Virus record (IMG/VR): IMGVR_UViG_3300023184_002233
DNA length: 64,000 nucleotides
From: an uncultured virus (IMG/VR IMGVR_UViG_3300023184_002233)
Lineage: Duplodnaviria; Heunggongvirae; Uroviricota; Caudoviricetes
Direction: 5' to 3' (one strand)
Position numbers and translations under genes: made by a program. This document shows positions 52,255-60,101 of the stretch, piece by piece. The notes beneath the pieces were generated by a model. That model did not search any database. It had not been told where the DNA came from and was given only the letters and a program-made list of their open reading frames with translations. Position 1 is the first letter of the stretch; each line of letters begins with the position of its first letter.

Positions 52255-52791
52255 ATGAACAATCAAACAACAGTTTACAAAGATTCGCTAACCACAGCAA
52301 TGACTTATCTCGGTAATAAAGATGACACTATTTTTATTGGACAACAAATAGTCTATGCAGGAAATCCCATGAGTACTACATTGGGTAATGTACCAAAGGA
52401 TAAAATGATTGAGGTTCCTGTAATGGAAGAAACTCAAATGGGAATGAGTTTGGGTTTATCAATGACAGGAAAAACAGTAATAACATTTTATCCACGGTGG
52501 GATTTCTTAGTATCATCCACTAATCAATTGGTTAATCATGTAGATAAGTATACATTGATGACTGGCAAAAAAGCTAATATACTTGTTAGATTGGGTAAAG
52601 GTTCTGATAAGCCACTTGATCCGGGCCATCAGCATAAAGGAAATTATATAAACGAATTCAAATCATTGTGTCCAAATATTAAGTTCCATGATTTGATAAA
52701 TTATAGTTCAATTGTAGATAGTTATATTAGTGCGTATGAGGAAGGGGGTGTTCATGTGTTAATTGAGTATCCCGAATTGTATTTTGTTTAA
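52255..52791 (+). CDS. TPP-dependent enzyme beta subunit (transketolase/E1-beta pyrimidine-binding domain only)
   Basis: IFIGQ, IEVPVMEETQMGMSLGL, FYPRWDF, NQLVNH, PGHQH; 178 aa with no C-terminal domain. Confidence 0.75.
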   Translation: MNNQTTVYKDSLTTAMTYLGNKDDTIFIGQQIVYAGNPMSTTLGNVPKDKMIEVPVMEETQMGMSLGLSMTGKTVITFYPRWDFLVSSTNQLVNHVDKYTLMTGKKANILVRLGKGSDKPLDPGHQHKGNYINEFKSLCPNIKFHDLINYSSIVDSYISAYEEGGVHVLIEYPELYFV

Positions 52792-52801
52792 GGATTAAAA
52801 T

Positions 52802-52900
52802 ATGTTTATAATAAAGTTTTTTAAAAAACTAATGCGTGAATACAAATACAGAAAACGTTTAAAAGAATTACGTAAGCGAGATCCATTTATTTACAAATGA
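52802..52900 (+). CDS. 32-aa basic micropeptide MFIIKFFKKLMREYKYRKRLKELRKRDPFIYK (not in ORF track)
   Basis: AAGGA RBS, ATG 52802, TGA 52898-52900 overlapping carbamoyltransferase ATG (ATGA). Confidence 0.7.
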   Translation: MFIIKFFKKLMREYKYRKRLKELRKRDPFIYK

Positions 52901-54378
52901 ATTACATAGGAATAAGCGCTGGATTCCATGATGCTGCTATCAGCGTTGTAGATGACCATGGACACATATTGTTTGCTGGTCATAGTGAACGTTATAGTAA
53001 AAATAAACATGATAAAGATGTGTGTAAAGAATTGTTGTGGGACGCATATAACCACACAAACTCTGCATATTTACAGTATCATTACTATGAACGCCCATGG
53101 TTAAAGTCATTACGTCAATTACGCACTGGTGAAGGCTTTACATGGCCGTCATGGGAGAAGATATTAGGTTCAACCTATCATCTGATGGGCACACCTAAAA
53201 TACATATGCATAGTCATCATCTATGTCATGCAGCAGCTGGATTTCAAACAAGCCCGTTTGAAGATGCCACAGTGGTAGTGATTGATGCTATAGGTGAGTT
53301 TGACACTATCACTATCTGGGATGCACATTATGATTTCTCAACTGGCAAAGCACAATACAAAAAACTATGGAGCCTAAAGTATCCTGACAGTATTGGATTA
53401 TTCTATTCAGCAATGACAGAACGAGTTGGGCTGCGTCCGCTTGATGAAGAATACATTTTAATGGGTATGGCTGCGTACGGAGAACCTAATCATCTTAAAG
53501 AAATGATGAATGAGTTTGTAGATAGTAAAGATATATTAACCTTTAAGCAAAATCTACACACTGGTGTTAGTAAAGATTTCTTAAAAGATGCTGATCCAAT
53601 GGACATTGCTAGCAGCAGTCAACATTTAGTTGAATATATGATTACTAGAGTAATGAGTAAGGCTAGAACATTGGGTCGTAGTAGAAATTTAGTATACGGC
53701 GGCGGAGTAGCATTAAATTGTTTAGCAAACAGACTATTAGGGAACTTCTATGAAAATATTTGGATTATGCCTAACCCGGGTGATGCGGGTAATAGTCTCG
53801 GTGCAGCATGTCTTGGACATGGCAGTAAAGTTAATTGGACTGATGCTTTTCTTGGCCATAACATTAGTGGCGAGTATCCTGTTAATAACATACTTGATGT
53901 GTTACTTACTGATAGGATTGTTGGTGTCGCATCAGGACGAGCAGAGTTCGGCCCGAGAGCATTGGGAAACCGTAGTCTCCTCGCAGACCCAAGAGGTGAT
54001 GAAATAAAGGACAAAGTAAATGAAATCAAACGCAGACAAAAGTTTAGACCATTTGCTCCTGTCATATTAGAAGAATATGCCCATCAATACTTTGATATGC
54101 CAAAGCACTGGCATGATAGTAGATATATGCAGGTTATTAGTAAGTGCAAGTACCCTGACAAGTTTCCTGCTATTGCACATCATGATTGGACTAGTAGAGT
54201 ACAAACTGTACCTAAAGATGGCTCGGGAATTAGAGAGTTATTAGAGAAATGGTATGTAATGACAGAATGCCCAATGTTATTGAATACCAGCTTAAACATT
54301 CGTGGCGAGCCAATGGTAAACGACCGCAGTGATGCTGATAGATTTGAAAAACTATATGGAGTCAAGGTTTTGTCATAA
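52897..54378 (+). CDS. O-carbamoyltransferase, NodU/CmcH/TobZ family
   Basis: GFHDAA, SERYSK.KHD, HHLCHAA, DAIGE, GGVALNC, PGDAG, EFGPRALGNRSLLADP, KRRQKFRPFAP, LLNTSLN. Confidence 0.92.
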   Translation: MNYIGISAGFHDAAISVVDDHGHILFAGHSERYSKNKHDKDVCKELLWDAYNHTNSAYLQYHYYERPWLKSLRQLRTGEGFTWPSWEKILGSTYHLMGTPKIHMHSHHLCHAAAGFQTSPFEDATVVVIDAIGEFDTITIWDAHYDFSTGKAQYKKLWSLKYPDSIGLFYSAMTERVGLRPLDEEYILMGMAAYGEPNHLKEMMNEFVDSKDILTFKQNLHTGVSKDFLKDADPMDIASSSQHLVEYMITRVMSKARTLGRSRNLVYGGGVALNCLANRLLGNFYENIWIMPNPGDAGNSLGAACLGHGSKVNWTDAFLGHNISGEYPVNNILDVLLTDRIVGVASGRAEFGPRALGNRSLLADPRGDEIKDKVNEIKRRQKFRPFAPVILEEYAHQYFDMPKHWHDSRYMQVISKCKYPDKFPAIAHHDWTSRVQTVPKDGSGIRELLEKWYVMTECPMLLNTSLNIRGEPMVNDRSDADRFEKLYGVKVLS

Positions 54379-54381
54379 GTA
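54375..54381 (+). promoter_or_regulatory. Putative late promoter variant ATAAGTA
   Basis: Overlaps stop of carbamoyltransferase, just before ATG 54387. Confidence 0.3.
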
Positions 54382-54386
54382 ATTAA

Positions 54387-57300
54387 ATGCTAAGAGATGT
54401 ATTTTATTACGGTAAAAAACCCAATGTTCACCCAAGAGAGAAATTTGCAACTTCATTAGAAGATGCTAGAAGTCAATGTACCACTGAACATTTTTGGATA
54501 ATCAACGAATACTGTGATTATCGCAATTTTGATTGGAACTTTGATTTTGAATTTCTACCCGACGAAGATGTTTGGGCACAAGAACACAACAACGCATGGC
54601 CTAGTCAACATCAAAAAGATAGCGGCACTTGGTTATGCCCAGAAAAACATAGCGATATAATTATCTATCGTGCTGATGTTGATACTGTAAGACACAAAAA
54701 CGAAACACATGAAAATTGGGTACTATTAGATTTAGTAGATAAAACTAAATTTGATTTTAGTTGGCATCCAGATCCAACTGATCCTCCTTATATCTATGCT
54801 TGGGGATGTAAATATTTTCCAGTAGAATTGCAATCCTGTTTAGAATATCATGTTCCGGGTGCAACATCTGTAAAGTACATGAATATTATTGTAGAGTTGT
54901 TGCCGCAGACAGAACGATGGGTTGAAGTACAGAGTATTGACAAATCATTATTTGACATGTCATGGAGACCCAATCCATTGGATCCTCCTATGAATTATGT
55001 TTGGGGGAACAAATATATTGATGGTAAACTAAAATCTACATTAGAGTATCATATGCCCGGTGCCACTGATACAAAGTATATGTCTTATCCTTTGCCAGTG
55101 TTGTCTGAACAGGATAGATGGGTAGAAGTTCAATTAATAGATAAATCTAAATTTGATATGACATGGCGACCAGATCCAAGGGAACCTGCATACATTTATG
55201 TGTGGGGTAACAAGTATGATCCAGCTGAAGTTAAACCAACACTTGAATATCATGTGCCAGGTGCAACTGAATACAAATACATGGATATTGTTGATTTAGA
55301 GCCAGAATGGAATAGATGGAAAGAATATATTCCGGTAGACTATTCTAAATTTGACTTTAGTTGGAGACCAGATCCTAATTTACATGAGCCACCTTATATA
55401 TATGTGTGGGGTAACAAGTATGATCCAGCTGAAGTTAAACCAACACTTGAATATCATGTGCCAGGTGCAACTGAATACAAATACATGGATATTGTTGATT
55501 TAGAGCCAGAATGGAATAGATGGAAAGAAATACAACCAGTAGATAAAAGTAAATTTGACTTTAGTTGGAGACCAGACCCTAATCTACATGAGCCGCCCTA
55601 TATCTATGTATGGGGTAATAAACATATAACAGCAGAACTTAAATCTACAATAGAATATCATGTTCCGGGTGCCACAGAACGCAAGTACGTGCCTGAGTTA
55701 GTGGAAGTATTGCCAGAGTTAGATCGTTGGAAAGAAATACAATCTATAGATAGAACTAAGTTTGATATGACATGGCGACCTGATCCACGTGAACCGGCAT
55801 ATATTTACGTATGGGGGAACAAACACATACCCGGTGAACTGAAATCAACAATTGAATATCACTGTGATGGTGCTACTGAGTACAAGTATATGGATGAACT
55901 TGTTGAAGTATTACCCGAACAAGAACATTGGAAAGTTACGCAAGACGTAAAAAACTTTGATTTTACATGGAGACCTGATCCAAGAGAACCTGCATATATC
56001 TATACGTGGGGCAATAAACATATAGCAGCAGAACTTAAACCCACTGTGGAGTATTACTGTAAAGGTGCAACGGAACGAAAATACATGGGTGATGTTGAAG
56101 TATTGCCTGAGTTAGATAAATGGAAGATAACACAACAGGTAATGAATTTTGATTTTACCTGGAGGCCTAATCCAACTAGTCCACCGTATATTTATGTATG
56201 GGGTAACAAATATATACCAGCAGAACTTAAACCAACACTTGAATATGTGGTGCCCGGCGCAACTGAATTTAAGTACATGCCTGAGTTAGTAGAAGTGTCA
56301 CCAGAGTTAGATCGTTGGAAAGAAATACAATTAGTAGACAAAACTAAATTTGACTTAGCATGGCGCCCAGACCCAAGAGAACCTGATTACATTTATGTTT
56401 GGGGAAACAAATATATAAACGCTGAGATAAAAGCCACATTAGAATATCACGTTGAAGGTGCTACTCAACGAAAGTATATAGGTGAAGTTGAGGTATTGCC
56501 TGAGTTTGATAGATGGAAAGAGATACAACCCATTGATAAAACTAAGTTTGATTTTACATGGAGACCAGATCCTAGAGAACCTGCTTATATCTATACTTGG
56601 GGAAACAAATACATCGGTGCTGAAATAAAACCAACACTTGAATATCATTATCCTAATGCTACCGAACGCAAATACATGGGCTATGTTGAAGTATTGCCTG
56701 AGTTTGATAAATGGAATATCGTTCAAGAAGTAGAGAATTTTGATTATAGTTGGAGGCCAGACCCAAGAGAACCTGATTATATTTATGTATGGGGTAATAA
56801 ACATATACCCGGAGAATTAAAGCCCACACTAGAATATCATTGCACTGGTGCTACTGAACGAAAATATGTAGGCGAAGTTGATGTGTCCCCTGAATGGGAT
56901 AGATATCAAATATTAATACCAGTAGATAAAACTAGTTTTGACTTTACATGGAGACCTGATCCACGTGAACCGGCATACATTTACGTATGGGGCAATCAAT
57001 CTAATAGTGCAGTAAAAGAACCTACAATAGAATATCACACACTGGGCGCTACTGAACGCAAGTACATGGAAGATAAGGTAGTTAAGACATTGCCAGTAAT
57101 TGAAAACTGGAAGATATTAATTCCAGTAGAAAACTTTGACTTTAGTTGGAGACCTGATCCAGATAGCCCTCCCTACATTTATGTATTTGGTAATCAATGG
57201 CATGATGCTATGACGGAACCCACATTAGAATATTATGTAGAAAATGCTACTGAGAAAAAATATGTTACAGATACTGTCGCTAATGTAACAAAAACACAGG

Positions 57301-59846
57301 AGTATTGGAAAACTCTTATAACAGTAGAATCATTTGATTATAGTTGGAGACCTAATCCACATTCAACCCCTTACATATATGTATTTGGTAATCAATGGCA
57401 TGATAGCATAACTGAACCCACAATAGAATATCATTGTCCTGGCGCAACAGATAAGAAATACATCACTGATGTGGTTGCATTAGCCAAATCAACAGCAACA
57501 GACAATCATTGGAAACGATTAATCCCGATTGAATCATTTGATTATAGCTGGAGACCCGATCCTAATAGTCCTCCTTATATCTATGTGTTTGGTAATAAAT
57601 GGAACGATGCTGCAACTGAACCATCAGTTGAATATTATGTTGACGGCGCGACTGAACACAAATATGTATTTGACCCTGTTGCTATTCCTAAAGCAGAGAT
57701 ACAATACTGGGCTATAAACAATAATGATGACTTAGAGACATTTGATTTTACATGGAGACCCAATCCACATAGTCCATCACAAATATATCAATGGCAAGAT
57801 AATGGACCAAGATATACGGTTCCGGGCGCAACAGATGTGGTGTTAATGGAACACACTGGAAAGACAAAGAAAGCAATCGTTAATCGTTACAAGATTAAAA
57901 CAACATTGGAAGAACTAATTAACGAACATCCCGAAGAAGTATTCTGGGCTATCAACCCTGATTTAAAATATGATAAGTTTGACTTTGGTTGGAGACCCAA
58001 CGAAGAAAACTTCAGGCATATAAATGTATTTGGAAATGAACATAGTAAAGATACACAGACTTATTATATTAATGGCCCATTGTATATTCTTGGTAATAAA
58101 GAATATAATTATGTTGAGGATCAATCAGTACAGGTTGATAGTAATTTAAGTATGTTCTTTATTGATAAAAGTAATAAGGAAAGTACAAGTAGATTTAATG
58201 AATTAAAATTGCGTTACCCACAATTGCAAAAGACAAGATATCTTAATAGTTGGGTAGACACAATCAATCGTTGTATTACTAAAGCAGAAACTAAATTGTT
58301 TTGGGTGCTGAATAGTGAGTTAGATTATAGTGAATTTGATTTTGATTTCTATCCTAGTCCATGGCAAATGAAAATGATTCATGTGTTTGGTACACAATGG
58401 AGTCATTGGGGTAACACCTACATGATTAATAAAGAAACTTTTGCAGAAGATACAAAGTATGTAAAGATTATTGAACATTTATCTAATTTAAACTTTGTAA
58501 AACAAAGAAAAGCAAAAGCAACAAATGTATTGTATGACATTGTTTATATTGACCATGGTAATAAAGATTTGTCTGATGTTAATAATTTAATTGTAAAGTA
58601 TGAAGATAGCTACTTGAATACTTTTAGGAACATGTTAGATAAACTTCCAGTAAAGAAAGAACATTATGTTTGGATAGCCAGTACTATTTGTGATTATACA
58701 AATTTTGATTTCACTTACATATGTGATCCGTTTGCCAAAGAACAATTGCATGTTTTCCCTAGTGCTAAACAGAAGTTTGGGGATACGTTTTTAATTGATG
58801 TAAGCAGATTGCGTGAATTAATAAATGATATCACTATGTTGGAAGATTATAATAAAATTAACTTTAATCAAAGTCAAAGAGTAAAAAGATTAGAAGCACC
58901 TGTTATTATTACTGAGGAAGATACTCATGTATCTAGTATCAATACCGAGTTTGATTTCCCATATTCTGTATTCATTACTAGTGACAACAAAGATATTAAG
59001 GTAGTAGATAATGAACCAATGAACATGTGGAGTTATGAGACTAAAAATATCATAATAACCAGTGAGGGTGGGACAAGAATTATTGTTCCAAAGGAAGCAA
59101 AAAAGTATATTAAAAACGAATTGTATGATTATCCATATATCATGTCCAATGATAGATTGGCAAAATCCAATCCAATGGATATCGTTTTCTTTAGCAACGG
59201 TGAAGCCTGTGCTGAAGAAAATTATGAACATTTGCTTAAATTAACTGAAAAGTTACCCAACAAAGTAGTAAGAATTGACGGCATAAATGGTCGTGTAAAG
59301 AGCCAACATGCCGCTGCTGAAAGTAGTGCTACGCCATGGTACTTCTTAGTCAATGCTAAACTGAAAGTAGATTCAAAATTTGATTTTAATTGGCAACCGG
59401 ATAGATTACAGATACCTAAGCATTACATTTTCCATGCTACAAATCCTGTAAATGGATTAGTATACGGCCACCAAGCTATTGTTGCTAACAACAAGAAACT
59501 TACTTTAGAAAACTTTGGCACTGGGTTAGACTTTACTATGGATAGTGAGCATGAAGTTGTTGCCATTAATAGCGGAATCGGTATGTATAATAGTAGTGAG
59601 TGGGATACATGGCGTACTGCATTCCGGGAATGTATTAAACTTAAATCATCCAGAACTATGGAAAATAAAGAACGACTAGATGTATGGTTAAACGTCAGCA
59701 CTGGGGAATTCTCTGAATATAGTATACAAGGTGCCAAGGATGCAGTAGAGTACTATTACGAAGTTGAGGGTGAATTTGAAAAGTTACGATTGAGTTACGA
59801 TTGGGCTTGGTTAAGAACATACTATGAGACTAAATACAAGTTATGA
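54387..59846 (+). CDS. 1819-aa tandem-repeat protein with C-terminal GT-A-like domain
   Basis: 15 well-conserved ~63-68-aa repeats FD(F/M/Y)(S/T)WRP.P..P.YIYV(W/F)GN...PTLEYH..GAT..KY plus degenerate copies; C-terminus resembles protein 35515-36465. Confidence 0.75.
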   Translation: MLRDVFYYGKKPNVHPREKFATSLEDARSQCTTEHFWIINEYCDYRNFDWNFDFEFLPDEDVWAQEHNNAWPSQHQKDSGTWLCPEKHSDIIIYRADVDTVRHKNETHENWVLLDLVDKTKFDFSWHPDPTDPPYIYAWGCKYFPVELQSCLEYHVPGATSVKYMNIIVELLPQTERWVEVQSIDKSLFDMSWRPNPLDPPMNYVWGNKYIDGKLKSTLEYHMPGATDTKYMSYPLPVLSEQDRWVEVQLIDKSKFDMTWRPDPREPAYIYVWGNKYDPAEVKPTLEYHVPGATEYKYMDIVDLEPEWNRWKEYIPVDYSKFDFSWRPDPNLHEPPYIYVWGNKYDPAEVKPTLEYHVPGATEYKYMDIVDLEPEWNRWKEIQPVDKSKFDFSWRPDPNLHEPPYIYVWGNKHITAELKSTIEYHVPGATERKYVPELVEVLPELDRWKEIQSIDRTKFDMTWRPDPREPAYIYVWGNKHIPGELKSTIEYHCDGATEYKYMDELVEVLPEQEHWKVTQDVKNFDFTWRPDPREPAYIYTWGNKHIAAELKPTVEYYCKGATERKYMGDVEVLPELDKWKITQQVMNFDFTWRPNPTSPPYIYVWGNKYIPAELKPTLEYVVPGATEFKYMPELVEVSPELDRWKEIQLVDKTKFDLAWRPDPREPDYIYVWGNKYINAEIKATLEYHVEGATQRKYIGEVEVLPEFDRWKEIQPIDKTKFDFTWRPDPREPAYIYTWGNKYIGAEIKPTLEYHYPNATERKYMGYVEVLPEFDKWNIVQEVENFDYSWRPDPREPDYIYVWGNKHIPGELKPTLEYHCTGATERKYVGEVDVSPEWDRYQILIPVDKTSFDFTWRPDPREPAYIYVWGNQSNSAVKEPTIEYHTLGATERKYMEDKVVKTLPVIENWKILIPVENFDFSWRPDPDSPPYIYVFGNQWHDAMTEPTLEYYVENATEKKYVTDTVANVTKTQEYWKTLITVESFDYSWRPNPHSTPYIYVFGNQWHDSITEPTIEYHCPGATDKKYITDVVALAKSTATDNHWKRLIPIESFDYSWRPDPNSPPYIYVFGNKWNDAATEPSVEYYVDGATEHKYVFDPVAIPKAEIQYWAINNNDDLETFDFTWRPNPHSPSQIYQWQDNGPRYTVPGATDVVLMEHTGKTKKAIVNRYKIKTTLEELINEHPEEVFWAINPDLKYDKFDFGWRPNEENFRHINVFGNEHSKDTQTYYINGPLYILGNKEYNYVEDQSVQVDSNLSMFFIDKSNKESTSRFNELKLRYPQLQKTRYLNSWVDTINRCITKAETKLFWVLNSELDYSEFDFDFYPSPWQMKMIHVFGTQWSHWGNTYMINKETFAEDTKYVKIIEHLSNLNFVKQRKAKATNVLYDIVYIDHGNKDLSDVNNLIVKYEDSYLNTFRNMLDKLPVKKEHYVWIASTICDYTNFDFTYICDPFAKEQLHVFPSAKQKFGDTFLIDVSRLRELINDITMLEDYNKINFNQSQRVKRLEAPVIITEEDTHVSSINTEFDFPYSVFITSDNKDIKVVDNEPMNMWSYETKNIIITSEGGTRIIVPKEAKKYIKNELYDYPYIMSNDRLAKSNPMDIVFFSNGEACAEENYEHLLKLTEKLPNKVVRIDGINGRVKSQHAAAESSATPWYFLVNAKLKVDSKFDFNWQPDRLQIPKHYIFHATNPVNGLVYGHQAIVANNKKLTLENFGTGLDFTMDSEHEVVAINSGIGMYNSSEWDTWRTAFRECIKLKSSRTMENKERLDVWLNVSTGEFSEYSIQGAKDAVEYYYEVEGEFEKLRLSYDWAWLRTYYETKYKL
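54750..57830 (+). repeat. Intragenic tandem repeat array, ~190-205-bp units
   Basis: Periodic TGGAGACC/TGGCGACC...TGGGG(T/C/A)AA motifs; exact 129-bp duplication 55197-55325 = 55401-55529. Confidence 0.9.
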
Positions 59847-60034
59847 TAGTTAAACTCGCAAACAAAATTGGACAGGCACATGCTAAATTCTTCATGTGGT
59901 TAGGGCGTAAAGCCGAAACTAATCCATGGTGGGCAGTCGCATTGACTGTCTGGGCACTATACGAAATCGGTGAACATATCGCCGGCCCGGTTATGGCAAT
60001 CATGTATGCTACTGGTCATCTAGTGGTACAATAA
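59843..60034 (+). CDS. Small membrane protein
   Basis: 63 aa; hydrophobic WWAVALTVWALY segment; ATGA overlap. Confidence 0.6.
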   Translation: MIVKLANKIGQAHAKFFMWLGRKAETNPWWAVALTVWALYEIGEHIAGPVMAIMYATGHLVVQ

Positions 60035-60036
60035 TA

Positions 60037-60052
60037 TACTGATATATCAGTA
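60037..60052. promoter_or_regulatory. Perfect 16-bp palindrome TACTGATATATCAGTA, possible operator
   Basis: Self-complementary, intergenic, just upstream of the hairpin/late box. Confidence 0.45.
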
Positions 60053-60054
60053 GA

Positions 60055-60100
60055 TTTATCTACCCAAAAGACGACTAAATATTAGTCAAGGGTAGATAAA
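60055..60100 (+). promoter_or_regulatory. Nested hairpin enclosing a late box (CTAAATA 60075-60081) and the ribosome-binding region of gene 60102
   Basis: Perfect 11-bp IR TTTATCTACCC (60055-60065)/GGGTAGATAAA (60090-60100); inner GACTAA/TTAGTC stem. Confidence 0.7.
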
Positions 60101-60101
60101 C

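Noticed and set aside
45072..52791. Pyruvate dehydrogenase as an auxiliary metabolic gene
   Set aside because: Both subunits are truncated relative to PDH E1, no E2/E3 is present, and the context is NDP-sugar enzymes.
54750..57830. Possible CRISPR array or DGR template/variable repeats
   Set aside because: Units are in-frame coding repeats of about 200 bp without unique spacers; the differences I compared are not confined to adenines; no cas or reverse transcriptase gene in the window.
33352..59846. Host O-antigen locus misjoined to phage DNA
   Set aside because: No wzx/wzy/ABC exporter or housekeeping genes; continuous strand, tight gene coupling and shared late boxes on both sides. Read-level confirmation is still advisable.
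60037..60052. LexA SOS box
   Set aside because: CTG-N6-CAG spacing does not fit the CTG-N10-CAG consensus; kept only as an unassigned palindrome.
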